64,000 bases of DNA from Octopus bimaculoides (GCF_001194135.2 NC_068982.1:61135223-61199222), one strand, 5' to 3'; counted from the stretch's first letter, positions 1 to 12,970 are shown. Notes: generated by a model from the letters alone, not told the origin. Numbers and translations are program-made.

Positions 1-5
1 TATAT

Positions 6-236
6 ATAACACTTTTGATGCCAACCCGCCTGAAACCTCACCTAGTTCTGTGATACAAGCTTCCTGTTTCAAAGTGTTTTAAGGTAAAACCTTCCATTCA
101 AATTTCATGTTAATTCATGTTCTAATCACCAGCTTAATAATAACAAAATTATTTTTCCTAAATTCTTCTTTGTTTTCAAAATTACTTGAAACAAAAGCAG
201 TGTATATCAAGAGAAATATGGTAACAACAGGTTTAA
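6..236 (-). mobile_element. degenerate piggyBac-type (TTAA/CCCT-ended) MITE, family 2
   Basis: Degenerate terminal inverted ends (ataacactttTGATgcc ... ggtaacaacaggtttaa). The internal sequence resembles a cephalopod MITE I recognise from memory. Confidence 0.45.
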
Positions 237-1730
237 TGCAGAAAATAAAAGTAAATATATACAGAGGATAATTAAAGGGCAACTAAAATTTTAATGTTGA
301 GATAAACTGAGAGTAAATGTTTATACAATTTTTTTTTTTTTTAATAATTTCTAGTATAAACTGCAGAATCAATGCCCCTTGCATGTTGTTATTAGTCTAT
401 CTGTTGTGTAATACATCTAATGTTGAAATATGTTTCTTCTCTTATGATCTGATACTATCAATGGAATTAAAAGCAGTAAACTAAGTCTGTACTCGTTAAT
501 ATAAAATTTTGCTGATGACTTGACTATGAGCTTAGTAGTAATAATTGTGTTGCAGTTGATATAGTTATGTGACTACTAAACTAATCTCTCTGGACAAATG
601 ACAAAGCAGAACTACTTTGTTATTTTGTATTGTAGATTATAAATTTAAACAAACACAATTAGGTCTTAGATGTGGTCTGTCAAAAAAGAACAGTGTTCAT
701 ACTGATCTAATTAGATTTTAGGGTGAGAATCTAACACTTTATCATTGTTTTTAAAAACTGGCTTATATTTGATAGATCTTTAACGAGAAAAAAAAGACAA
801 ATGATTGTCTGATATTCTTGAAATTTAAATTAAAAAAGAAAAAAATTTATTAATCTGTACTTTTCATACTCTGCAATTTCTCAAACATGTGTGTCAATTT
901 TAAAAGTATTGATTAATATTTTAAAATTAAATTTAGAATTCTTAAAACTTTCCTCAGAGACAACACTCTAGGGTCAACCAGAGTTCAAATACAAAACACT
1001 TAATCATTTTTGACAACTTGAATTCATGAAGATATCAAATATCTTGTGTCTTTAAACTAATATCTAATTCTCTTCTTTGACCAAAGAAGAACTGGCCCTT
1101 AAGGGAAACAGTTTTAAAATTCATAAAATAGTAAACCAATACACCTTCTTAGTACTCACTCTTTGAATTGAACTTTTCCAGTTAAGTATAACCAATACTT
1201 ATGACTTTCATGAGTATATCTCACAAGTTAGGTTTATCTAACCCAAGCACAATCACATACACACAATATACAGAGGGAAACAAATAAACATATTCATTTT
1301 CAAATGTATGTTTAAGTTTTCCAAAACAAACAAATATACATATAATACATATACACAGTTACACACAGAACAGGGAAGCTTAAATACAGACATACATACA
1401 GTCTTGCCTATGTTGCTCGTGTGTTTATATATATATGTGTATATGTCTGTTTATGTGAACATACACACACATACATATATGCATTTACATACACACACAA
1501 AATAAAAATAAACTGAAAGAAAGCAAGCATTTGTTTTCATGCATTTTTAGAACTAATTTGTAAACTGTCGCTGGTTTGGCTTTTGCTGTTTTGTTTTTAC
1601 AGGAATTGTCTTACTCTCATTAGAAGACATCTTTTCTTGGCAGTTGTAAACCAGGGCATGTTCTAATATTTTCACCTTTCACCCCTGTACTTAAAACAAA
1701 CAAACTATCACTCAATCAAGTAAACATTGG

Positions 1731-1731
1731 C

Positions 1732-1769
<38 letters not shown>

Positions 1770-1783
1770 CGAAGACAACAACA
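1731..1783. repeat. (CAA)n microsatellite
   Basis: Direct reading of caacaacaac run. Confidence 0.95.
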
Positions 1784-2244
1784 ATAGTAGTAACAGCAGC
1801 TTAATGCACCACACTAAGATGGGAACCAAAAATTTACTCGACATGACTGGTGTGAAGCCAAGTGCCATGAGCAATCCTCTCTGCTTCTCAAAAGCCTATT
1901 AGTAGATTTGCAGAAGGCTGATAGAAGAATAAGAGAAGGGTGTGAAGCAAACAGTGATATCAATTGTTTGGCTAAATCTGCCAGCAGCAAGATTTATAGA
2001 GAGCTTCACACTTGAGGATTGTACATTCGGATTTGCCATGCTTTCTTGTCTTGGTAATTGGCTTCTTCAGATGATATGCAGTAAGTGATTCCAGTTTGTT
2101 TTGTTGAGACACTACATTGTTTATGCTGCTTTACCAGTGTCTTCACCTAGTAAACACTGCGCATTAAAAATTATCTGGTTATCACAACACAAGTTCTGCT
2201 ATATGTAGTTTTCGGTGTGTGCAGGCATTTTTATCTTAGTACAC

Positions 2245-2245
<1 letters not shown>

Positions 2246-2316
<71 letters not shown>
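2246..2316. repeat. (TG)n microsatellite
   Basis: Direct reading. It is one of many (CA)n/(TG)n/(TA)n/(GA)n tracts across the window. Confidence 0.95.
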
Positions 2317-2318
<2 letters not shown>

Positions 2319-3574
2319 ATAGATACATATGTGTGTGCATGTGTGCATGTGTGTGTGTGTGTGAATGTATGTATATATGTATGTGTATAGGTATGTGCAT
2401 GTGATTCCACTTCTGGTTATGTGCATGATGGGGAGAGAGAGATTAAGAAAATTCATCTTGGCAATTCTTATACGTAACAGTAAGGTGAATGGTTAAAAAG
2501 AAAGGGCCAAAGTTTCAAACAAAAGGGCTGAAACCTTTAAATTAATTAGAAGTAGTAACTTGCTGTAGGTTTCAATTAGTATTTCCTTCTCTAAACAATG
2601 GCTGCAAACTGTTTGTCTTGGCAGTTCCTACTTCAAAGGAGTCTGGGGATTAACTTTCACTGAGAACTGAAACTGAGTTGAATTGAACAGAAAGAAAGAA
2701 AAAGAGAGACAGACAGTAAAGGTGGGGGGGGTGGAGTCATAGACAGTCAGAGAGAAAGAGAGAGAGAGTAACAGAAAGAGTCAGCAAGAGAGAGAGAGAG
2801 AGAGAGAAAGTTAGAGACACAGAGAGAGAAAGGTTTCTTTGCAAAGAAATAAAAGTCTGACGGGCTTTTGAATAGGAAACATAAGAAAGTTTGCAGTCAA
2901 ATCAATATTGATAACATATTTCTAAGGAATCGTTTTTGATGACTTCTTCTCCCTGCCAAACCTTGCCGGCCAGTCCTCCACCTCTTCCTCTGCCATATAA
3001 CTGTGTTTATAGCATCACAAGTGAATAAAAGTAACAGATCAGTATTTGAGAAAACATCACTTTTGTTATAACAATATCAGCTCTGTTGGCAAATAGTTGA
3101 TTACTAATTAGAAAACACAGTTTGTGTTTATCACATGTATTAGCATAAGAACAGTGGAGAATGTGTTATCTCAGACATTGACAAATATGTCATGTTTGAA
3201 ACAATTTCCACTTTTCTTAACTAGTAGGGGGCGAAGAACATATAAAGTAGTACTTTTTTTCTTCCTTATTTTGTTTTTAATAAGTTAGTCCGAGGAAGTG
3301 GGTAGTGCTTATGACAGTTTCAGGTCCACCTCACCATTCCCGGACACTGTTGATGCTCAGTTCACTATTATTACTTCGCCATTTGTAGGATAAGTGTAGG
3401 TTTATAGTCATGGGAGGAAACACAGAGTGAGACATTCAGTACAAAGGAGTGAGAGTGACAGGAGAAAAAAAATAAATTGATGGGCACAGATAGAGAAGCT
3501 ATGAAATTAGTTCACAAGAGGCTGTTGTAGAATTGGTTAAAGAGTACAACTTATGCATTCGTAAGCTAGGTAAA

Positions 3575-3735
3575 GCTGTGTGGCTAAGAAGCTTGCTTTG
3601 CAACCACATGGTTTCTGGTTCAGTCCTACTGTACAGCATCTTGGCCTAGTGTCTTCTTCTATAGCTCTGGGCCAACCAATAACTTGTGAGTGAATTTTGT
3701 ATATGGAAAACTGTGTGGGATCCTAGTGTGTGTGG
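3575..3735 (+). mobile_element. tRNA-derived SINE family A, old 5' fragment
   Basis: gctgtgtggctaagaagcttgc...ggttcagtcc...ttgtgagtgaatttt matches the head of the family A copies at 10880 and 62172. Confidence 0.75.
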
Positions 3736-3774
3736 GGGGGGGGGCTTAGCCATGTAGTTATCATTATAGGTGCA

Positions 3775-4739
3775 GTCATGGCTGTGTTGTAAGAAGCTTG
3801 CTTCCCAACGACATGGTTCCAGATTCAATCCCACTGCAAGACACATTGGGCAAGTGTCTTCTACGACAGCCTCAGGCCAGCCAAAGCCTTGTGAGTGGAT
3901 TTAGCAGACAGAAACTGAAAGAAGCCCATTGTATATATATATATATATATNNNNNNNNNNNNNNNNNNNNNNNNNNNNNNNNNNNNNNNNNNNNNNNNNN
4001 NNNNNNNNNNNNNNNNNNNNNNNNNNNNNNNNNNNNNNNNNNNNNNNNNNNNNNNNNNNNNNNNNNNNNNNNNNNNNNNNNNNNNNNNNNNNNNNNNNNN
4101 NNNNNNNNNNNNNNNNNNNNNNNNNNNNNNNNNNNNNNNNNNNNNNNNNNNNNNNNNNNNNNNNNNNNNNNNNNNNNNNNNNNNNNNNNNNNNNNNNNNN
4201 NNNNNNNNNNNNNNNNNNNNNNNNNNNNNNNNNNNNNNNNNNNNNNNNNNNNNNNNNNNNNNNNNNNNNNNNNNNNNNNNNNNNNNNNNNNNNNNNNNNN
4301 NNNNNNNNNNNNNNNNNNNNNNNNNNNNNNNNNNNNNNNNNNNNNNNNNNNNNNNNNNNNNNNNNNNNNNNNNNNNNNNNNNNNNNNNNNNNNNNNNNNN
4401 NNNNNNNNNNNNNNNNNNNNNNNNNNNNNNNNNNNNNNNNNNNNNNNNNNNNNNNNNNNNNNNNNNNNNNNNNNNNNNNNNNNNNNNNNNNNNNNNNNNN
4501 NNNNNNNNNNNNNNNNNNNNNNNNNNNNNNNNNNNNNNNNNNNNNNNNNNNNNNNNNNNNNNNNNNNNNNNNNNNNNNNNNNNNNNNNNNNNNNNNNNNN
4601 NNNNNNNNNNNNNNNNNNNNNNNNNNNNNNNNNNNNNNNNNNNNNNNNNNNNNNNNNNNNNNNNNNNNNNNNNNNNNNNNNNNNNNNNNNNNNNNNNNNN
4701 NNNNNNNNNNNNNNNNNNNNNNNNNNNNNNNNNNNNNNN

Positions 4740-4797
<58 letters not shown>

Positions 4798-5001
4798 ACA
4801 CCCCAGCTCACTGCTTGTTGTCCAGTGTTGGTCTGGGTAAATCCTTGTAACTTAGCAGTTCTGCAGTAGTGACTCATAATAGAATAAGTACCAGGCTTTA
4901 AAAACAATGTAAGTATAGGGATCAATTTCTTTGACGAAAGCTTTTTAATGTGATGCCCCAGCATGGCCACGGTGGACTGACTGAAACAAGTAAAAAAGAT
5001 A
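3775..5001 (+). mobile_element. SINE family A spanning assembly gap
   Basis: The head (3775-3950) lies before the gap. The tail (gtaacttagcagtt...gaataagtaccaggc...ccccagcatggcc...tgactgaaacaagtaaaa) lies after it. The internal (TA)/(TG) microsatellite falls in the N run. Confidence 0.75.
3951..4739. other. assembly gap (N run)
   Basis: N bases. Other gaps are at 5358-5529, 36756-37048, 38714-38723, 42233-42413, 45656-45868, 49620-49788, 51749-51758, 54575-54622, 55749-56241 and 63144-63383. Confidence 0.99.
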
Positions 5002-5249
5002 ACTCATGTGGGTTTCATTTTTGTGCTATTCACATGAGTAATCTAATCTAACTTCATCTTCATTCCACCAACATGATTCCAAATTATTTAACAAAAATGA
5101 AATGGGTTGAAAGGAAGCAAAATTTCATAAAATTCTTCTGCTGTACTTCTTTCTTCTAATATTCTCCCCAATAAGAACATAAATAAGAAAAATATAAATA
5201 ACATTAAACCTGTTTGAATTAGGTAACATATAAATCTAAACACATGCAT

Positions 5250-5296
<47 letters not shown>

Positions 5297-6075
5297 TACA
5301 TGCATGCATACATATACATATATGTATTTATTTATCTATCATATGTGTATGTATATANNNNNNNNNNNNNNNNNNNNNNNNNNNNNNNNNNNNNNNNNNN
5401 NNNNNNNNNNNNNNNNNNNNNNNNNNNNNNNNNNNNNNNNNNNNNNNNNNNNNNNNNNNNNNNNNNNNNNNNNNNNNNNNNNNNNNNNNNNNNNNNNNNN
5501 NNNNNNNNNNNNNNNNNNNNNNNNNNNNNTATATATATATATATATGGAAGTAGACAAAAATGAATGATACATTATCACCAAGAATATGGCAGCAAAGAG
5601 AAAAACCAGCAGAAGAATGTACATGCCAAAATCAATAATTACATGATAAGAAAGATCAAGAGATAACAAAAAAAAAAAAAACTAATTTGAACAATTTTTT
5701 TATATTCTTTTTAATTAATATATCTCTGGTTTCTAAATATACCAGCATTTATAGATATACAATATATTAACTCTTTAAAAATTACAATGTGTACATTTTG
5801 TCTTTTAGATTTCTTAGAATTGTAGATATTGTATGGTGTAAAACCAGGCTCAACAGAAATTATGGCAGGCAAAGACTATGTTCTGATTACCCAGAAATGC
5901 ATACTATAGACATGTAACTCTTTTTCTTTTCTAATATATATTAAACACAAAACAGAGATTATCTGTAACTTCTGAGGTGTAATGGATATCAGTTTTGGTG
6001 AAGGTTATAGATTATTATTTCAGTAAAATTTGCATGACAAAGTGAATATAAAAAAAAAATGGGGAAAATCATTAA

Positions 6076-6289
6076 CCCTTAAGGATTCAGATTAATCTGT
6101 CAAATGCAATACTTATTTATTCACAATGCTTTGAATTAATCATGCATTATCTTTTAGTTTCAAAATTTCAATGATGTAATTCTTTATTTTTAGAATGATA
6201 TTGAAAGGTAAGTACAGATTCCAGACCTAGCCAATTTGAACATACAATAGATATTTGGACTAGATATGACTGGATTAAATACTAAAGGG
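6076..6289 (+). mobile_element. piggyBac-type MITE, family 1
   Basis: TTAA|CCCTT...AAGGG|TTAA ends, with TTAA TSD at 6072-6075 and 6290-6293. Homologous copies are at 14791, 21645 and 34612. Confidence 0.85.
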
Positions 6290-6904
6290 TTAAAATACAT
6301 ACTCAAAAAATATACTTGGAATAATAATCAATATCATTGTTACCACCATCATAATTTTAGAATAAATTTCTCCATGGTTTTAGCAGGTAGATAATACAGA
6401 ATATCTCTATTCATTGAGGTCCACTGTTCAAGGCCTAACATTCTCAGATGTGATTTCATCACTATCTCTCAAGTCTTTGCAAATTTTCCTTCAACACAGA
6501 TATTTTCTATTTCTTAATGTATAGTACTTTTCCATTCAAATATTTACCATCTTATTACATGTCCAGACAACCAAACTAGTTTATTTCTTATTCCTTAGAT
6601 TAGCCAATATTTATCTTATAGTTTCCACAACTGCATTGTGCTCAGCCTTTCCTACAAATATATTGAACTACATTCAATTTTATTATATCTAATACCAGCA
6701 CATATTTCTGATCCAACATTCATCAAGGTAGCAATTACCATAAATAAATGGCAATTACCATACACACATGCTCATACAAACACACACAGCTGGAATGCCT
6801 TGTGGTGTTAAATTACATCCCTTTACTTTCTGTACTTAAATCCATATGGGTCAACTGCTTTTCATCCTTCAAGTGGAATCAAGAAATACCAGTGAAAATT
6901 ATAC

Positions 6905-7039
<135 letters not shown>

Positions 7040-7179
7040 TCATTAGGTAATAATGTATATGTAAAGCTCTAAACAATATTCTAAATTAACCTAAACAATA
7101 GTAAAATCTATTAAAATTTTATAGTAAAAATGTTGCTTGTATTGTTCATTTTAAACATCACCTTTGCATAAAACCTACA

Positions 7180-7213
<34 letters not shown>

Positions 7214-7215
7214 AC

Positions 7216-7250
<35 letters not shown>

Positions 7251-7949
7251 CACACACAGTGATCACCTCTACTTCTTTTCCCTTTCTCAATCTTACACTC
7301 TTCAATCTAACTTATGATGACATTCATTGTGTTACTGATATTATTATAGCAATTATAATTTTAAAGAAATGAAGTAAACATTGTTCCTGTATAGCAAGGA
7401 CAGCAAATCAAAGCACTTTTACACTTCACTGTTTTATAACTTACAATAATTCTTAAAATGTTTTGGAGTTATATCTCTTTATTTTGGTTTACTTTTAAAT
7501 GTTTAAAAATCATTTCCCTAATGTTTTCAAAAATTCAATTCCTTTCAGATTTCAATATTTTGTTTTGATTTTTCTTTAGAAGTTAGGAATGAAAACACTG
7601 GACAATATAATGCTATATGTGTGTGTGTACACACACACACATACATATATATACACACAAGACAATGTGAGATATTACATACACATCGTATAACTAGGAG
7701 AAAACTTCCTGGAGGGCAGTGTTTCACCTAGTATAAGTCTATATAAACACACACACACGAACATATACACACACAACCACACACACACAACCACACACAC
7801 AAACACAACCACACACACAAACACAACCACACACATGCATGCACACACACATACGAGACAAGTATTTCTATTGAGATGTAGATCTTGTATATAGTAAGTC
7901 AAAATGCAATTGGGTGTTGCAATGGTGACCAGTGAAGACGAACCAGCTG

Positions 7950-8160
7950 TCTGATTGACAAGGTAATTCATAGATGTCTTGACAAGGTTGGGTCAATGGT
8001 TATCTTCTGCAGCTGAAGTCACCATACAGTGGTCAATGGTTCAAAGACAGTAAGCTTCATAACCCAGCAATATTCCCAGGCTGCAATATAATTTGATCAC
8101 TAATATTTGATGTGATGGTAGTGACAAGTAGTGCTTGCAAGGAATTCATTAGATCCTAAA
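7950..8160 (+). pseudogene. possible highly decayed LINE reverse transcriptase fragment
   Basis: Translates to VNGSKTVSF and, frameshifted, PGCNII*SLIFDV. This is reminiscent of the RT QG.LSP.LF motif, but weak. Confidence 0.25.
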
Positions 8161-8714
8161 TAACTAACTGGCAGGAAAAGTTTATATTCCTTTTGATGAC
8201 ATGAAAGGAAATATAGTTGCAGATAAAGTATAAAACATTGACTTATGAATATGCATGTAATATGGTATAACTGTTTTGCTGTCAAAGATGCACAAAAGGA
8301 CTGAAAATTATAGCAATAACAACCATAACAAAAATATGATTTAATCCAAGTAAATGTGAAGTAAATGTGTATGGAGGTGGATGGGAGAGGAGATATAACT
8401 GTGGTAAGAAAAATAGATGTATAAACTATATTTAGAGTTTCTGAGTATTAATGAGATAAAGAGTGAGGAAGAAAGAGAGAATAAATGAGAGAAAAAAACT
8501 ACTTTTCTCTCTGTTTTTCGTTTTTGTTTTCGTTTTTTGTTTTTTTTTTTGCATGCAATCATAAGTTGGATAGATTTATAAATTTAAACATTTGCATATT
8601 GTTCAATGAAATTTGTTTCTGTTGGTTCTTATTTTGTTCGTTGGAAACCATTTCTTTTATTAATCAATCATAATTGAAACAAGAAAGAAAACTACTTCCC
8701 TCAGATAATGTTGT

Positions 8715-8870
8715 TGTTATTGTTGTTTAGCCCAAGATAAATTTTGATCAAGCAAACCTGTGATCAAAGCATCCAAGCCATGAGCTTCCTTTTTCAAGAT
8801 GATAAGCCTTGATATGAAAGCAGTTTGACTGTTGTTTCAAGAAAGTTGATCAACCACATACAGGCTTCCT
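8715..8870 (+). mobile_element. dispersed repeat family E (SINE-like 3' part)
   Basis: ttgttgtttagccc...gatcaagcaaacctgtgatcaaagcatcc. Related copies are at about 12385-12560 (-), 25040-25210 (-), 32705-32830 (+), 53255-53470 (-) and 53845-54010 (-). Confidence 0.6.
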
Positions 8871-9338
8871 CATTGGCTCCTTTCCAGACAAAGGAAGACA
8901 AGTAAACTTAAGTGCTTGCTCCATCACAGCTGTACTACTCAGATTTGAATTCACAATTTCGTGATTTGCTGATCAGTTTAATGAGGGTTGCCATACTAGA
9001 AATTGCATATATCTCTTGACTTCGAGATAAACATAGGAAAAGAGTTTGTTATTAGCTATTAAAATCAGCTTGCTGAATAGACATGCCTCTCAAAAGCCTG
9101 AAGTGAAATCAGTGGGAAAAGTTATTTAAATAAAAGAGACCCTTGTCAATGAAAAGGCTAGGAGCCACTGTGACTACACCATATTAAATTGCGTATGTAT
9201 CTCCAAGTCTATCTGTGTTAACACTGCTTGAAAAAATGGTGCTCTGTGTTTAGCACCTAGTGCTTCAACAAATAAAGATCAATAACAGAAGTAACAGGCT
9301 TATAAATAAAAATACTGGGACTGATTTTAATCAATTAA

Positions 9339-9393
9339 GGGTTAGAGTTAGGTTAGAATTAGGTTAGGGCTAGGTTACAGTTAGGTTAGGTTA
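9339..9393 (+). repeat. degenerate (TTAGG/TTAGGG)n telomere-like array
   Basis: gggttagagttaggttagaattaggttagggctaggttacagttaggttaggtta. Confidence 0.8.
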
Positions 9394-9798
9394 TAATAGA
9401 AGAGACTTTCCCAAGGAGTTACACTTCAAGGTTGAACCTAAAACCTTGTAATTCCATAGTAAACCTCTTAACTACACTGCCATAACAGTTAGCAAGCTTC
9501 TTACCACACATCCACACCTGTGTCTGTTAATGAAATTCTAATAATGAAACAACAGAAAAGAAGTCATGAACCACAGTTTCACTATAGCTGCAGTATAACA
9601 GTGTAGAGAGCAGATTGTTATAGTACAACAAAAACCTTGAGTGACACTGTTGAGGACAGGACTGGTTCCAGAGCAAAGTATATCTTGCTGATAAAACTGA
9701 AATCAAAACTATACAATGAACTTACTATCAGAGAGAACACTAAACAGGATGTTGTTACTAAAGTTTTAAAAATTCCAAGAAATACCCAGCCATTGTTT

Positions 9799-9910
9799 AA
9801 TGTGCAACTAATTCAAATGTGCAACTAATTCAAATGTGCAACTAATTCAAAACAATATGAATAAATAAGCATTAAAATTGACAGAATAATCTGAATACTA
9901 AAAGGTTAAA
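9799..9910 (-). mobile_element. truncated piggyBac-type MITE family 1 with a 17-bp triplication
   Basis: aatgtgcaactaattca x3 (9799-9849), followed by aaacaatatgaataaataagc...ctgaatactaaaaggttaa. The latter is the reverse complement of the family 1 left end. Confidence 0.7.
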
Positions 9911-10752
9911 GGAAATTGTGCCCTAAGTAATCTCACTGAAAAGTTTCTATCTTACTCTTCTTATGACAGCCTGATCCTCAGACATCACTACATCATCTTT
10001 TGACCCAACTTATGAACTCAATTGCCATTATCCTCTATATGCATTACAAACATGTACCAGCACAGTATTCTCTCTTACACACTACATCTAATTACTCTAT
10101 TGCCCAACTATTCTCTTCTCTCACTTTTACTTCAATGTACACACCCGCATACATACGCACATACATTACCCCATGTGGGAAAACTTTTCATTGAGTAACT
10201 TTACATCAAATGAATTTTCAACAAATGACTTTTTATTGAATGACTTTTTTTTATCAAAGTGAGTTTTCATAAAATAATTTTAAATATAAATTGAAAATAG
10301 AATTTCCAACCAAAACTTGAATTTCAGAAAACAGGACTAGATCTTCAAACATTTCTACCTGTAACAATTTCATACATTATGTGCTACAAATTGCAGGTAA
10401 TTAATTATTCAATCATTAACAGCATGATATCCAGCTACAATGTTCTTTAGTCATTTGTTTACTGCATTGTAATGTCATTTTCTTGGTAGGCCATCAAAAC
10501 CATCAGCCAGTTGCTCAATAAATACTTTATTTGCACCTTGATTATTTTGCATCCAATTTTTCTTTATGTTTTTACATAACAAAAGGTGAGTAATGACATG
10601 TTTGCTGAATGCATTCAGCCAACCTTCAATGCTGTTATTGGTTCACTGCAAATTATTTTGCATATATTACTATACACTGGAATATCAACTTCATTTTGAA
10701 AGAGGCCTCTTTGTGGCTCAAAGTTCCAATAAGTTCTTCAAACCTTTATACA

Positions 10753-10850
10753 GGAGGCCAAATTTTCAGACCTTTAAATGGAGGCCAAATTTTCAGACCT
10801 TTAAATGGAGGCCAAATTTTCAGACCTTTAAATGGAGGCCAAATTTTCAG
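10753..10850 (+). repeat. perfect 27-bp minisatellite (3.6 copies)
   Basis: ggaggccaaattttcagacctttaaat at 10753, 10780 and 10807, with a partial copy at 10834. There are no spacers. Confidence 0.95.
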
Positions 10851-10879
10851 TGTACCAACTCTGTTGTTATACTCTTACT

Positions 10880-11283
10880 CTTTTACTTGTTTCAGTCATT
10901 TAACTGTGCCCATGCTGGAGCACCACCTTTAGTCAAGCAAATTGACCCCAGGACTTATTCTTTGGAAGCCTAGTACTTATTCTATCAGTCTCTTTTGCCG
11001 AACCGCTAAGTTACAGGTACATAAACACACCAGCATCGGTTGTCAAGCGATGTTTGGGGGACAAACACAGACATGCAAACATATCCACACACATACATAT
11101 ATATATATACATATATACGACGGGCTTCTTTCAGTTTCCGTCTACCAAATCCACTCACAAGGCTTTGGTCGGCCTGAGGCTATAGTAGAAAACACTTGCC
11201 CAAGGTGCCATGCAGTGGGACTGAACTCGGAACCATGTGGTTGGTAAGCAAGCTACTTACCACACAGCCACTTCTACGCCTAT
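10880..11283 (-). mobile_element. SINE family A, full length, young
   Basis: The minus strand begins ataggcgtagaagtggctgtgtggtaag (A box), has a B-box-like ggttccgagttcagtccc, and ends tgactgaaacaagtaaaag. It is highly similar to 62172-62562. Confidence 0.9.
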
Positions 11284-12725
11284 GTGAAGTTTACAATAGC
11301 AACACTCCCTGAAGAAGTGAGGGAACATTTAAAATTTCTACAGTTGGGAAATTATTTGAAAATGCATTAAATGCAGCCAGTTCAGAGTTTATAGTCACTG
11401 TCTCAATGTAAATTCCAGCTCTTTGTCTTTTGAAACTCAAATGATTTTATTGTAAGTTATATCAGATTTACAACAAGCAGCAGCATAAACTAAATCATGA
11501 ATGGTATAAAGCTGATTACAAGCTGGAGCTGGAAAATCAGCTACTAAATTAAACTAGCAAATTTAGATTTTGAGGGATGCAAAAATATAAAGGCCATTTT
11601 TGTCATCCACTTAGAATATAAATTTTATCTTTTTAGTTGTCTACATGTAGTTAATCTTTAGACCATAACATTCAAGATATTTTATTGAACCATCCACTTG
11701 AGGGATGTTTTCTTTATAAGACTATCAGTGTCTACTGGTAGAAAGTTCTATCATACATAGGAAGACACTTGATATCTTTTCATCTGAGTTAACAGTTCAT
11801 GCCCACATTCTAAGATGCTGTCTTTTCCACTTCAATGCATACTGGATCTTGTGAGTGATTGTGATCAGCAGTTTATTTTGAAGTTTCATTTCTCTTAGAT
11901 GTTCAGCATTTACATGTCCAAATACTTGTCACATCTCCGGTATATGACATTGTTGACAGTCTTGTTGAAAATGTTTGGAAAGCCATTAAATGTTAGCTGA
12001 CATTTCTTTTTCTATTCGACACAAGTTCCATCTCAGCTATAGGCAGAAATAATCGATATCAAGCAGACATGGAAAGACCTAATGAATATTGTACTCTATT
12101 GTTTGATTGGTTGATCTCCAGTTTCAATGTCCACAAAATTAAATTTAAAAAAACAATCATAAATTACATGACTGTTGACAAAAAATATTATTCTAAAAAT
12201 AATATATTTACAAAATTATTCTATGAAAAGTCATATCAATAAAAAATGTTTCAATAAAAAAAAATCATTATGATGAAAAGATGTGCAATGAAAAGTTATT
12301 TAATGAAAAGTCATTTAATGATGAGTATTGGCACAATCACTACTCTTTGTGAGCCAATGTGTGAGTCCCATAAAATCATCTGACTTGCCAGAAATAATAG
12401 CTGAGTCACCTTCAAATCACACTTTTCCATTTTAAAATTGGAAGGACATATTGGACAGTAAAATCTAGGATAAAATGATGAGATGGTCAAGACCAGAGAA
12501 CCTTTGATTCATAGGTCTGCTAAATCAGGGTTGACCTAGTGTTAAATAAAAATAACAACAGCAAATTTTTGATTGATTATTTTTTTTTTCTCCTGAACAC
12601 CTTAATGAAAAGATTATTTTAAGGAAATTCATTCCATTTCCTGACAAAATTATTTTCCGTTCATTTGTAGCTAAAGTTAAACACTGTTTAGTTAGAAATT
12701 GGTTTCAGGTATAGCGTCTTCTCAC

Positions 12726-12731
12726 CCTTGC
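12726..12731 (-). CDS. candidate 6-nt microexon (GCAAGG) of an unidentified minus-strand host gene
   Basis: The minus strand reads ttctaac (branch point), then a 54-nt AG-free pyrimidine tract ending ctctatcttacag|GCAAGG|gtgaga. There is no transcript evidence. Confidence 0.3.
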
Positions 12732-12970
12732 CTGTAAGATAGAGTGGAAGATGTAAGGAGTAGGACATCAAGTTAGAAAATTATGATCTTATAATAAGAT
12801 GTTGAGAATCCAGTTACAAAATTCTGACATCACAGTGTTGATAAGAAAGAAACGCCAATGACATAAAAGATGGCAATATCAATTAGTTTAAGTTAGATTT
12901 CCTCAGCAAAAATAAGGTACTAGATAAAGAGACAGATTCAAATACACAGAAGGAGGAAATGGAGGGGATA

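Larger units (their letters stand above)
10175..12330 (-). mobile_element. decayed Tc3-like (Tc1/mariner) DNA transposon with long internally repetitive inverted ends
   Basis: Minus-strand translation at 11940-11761 gives HVNAEHLREMKLQNKLLITITHKIQYALKWKRQHLRMWA*TVNSDEKI. Further on it gives KFIF*VDD...NLVADFPA...DLVYAA. Order and spacing fit the SDEK / FQQDN / LDWPA..VYA motifs of Tc3-type transposases. Inverted arrays of ~13-nt units (atgacttttcat) lie at about 10181-10290 and 12205-12325. Confidence 0.55.

Noticed and set aside
1800-2190. Coding-looking stretch with a GCA|GTAAGT donor at 2081
   Set aside because: There is no consistent acceptor and frame combination, and no recognisable protein or TE motif.
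10753-10850. CRISPR-like regularly spaced repeats (also the 85-bp units at 49346 and the 30-bp units at 54623)
   Set aside because: These are contiguous tandem repeats with no unique spacers, no cas genes, and a eukaryotic context.
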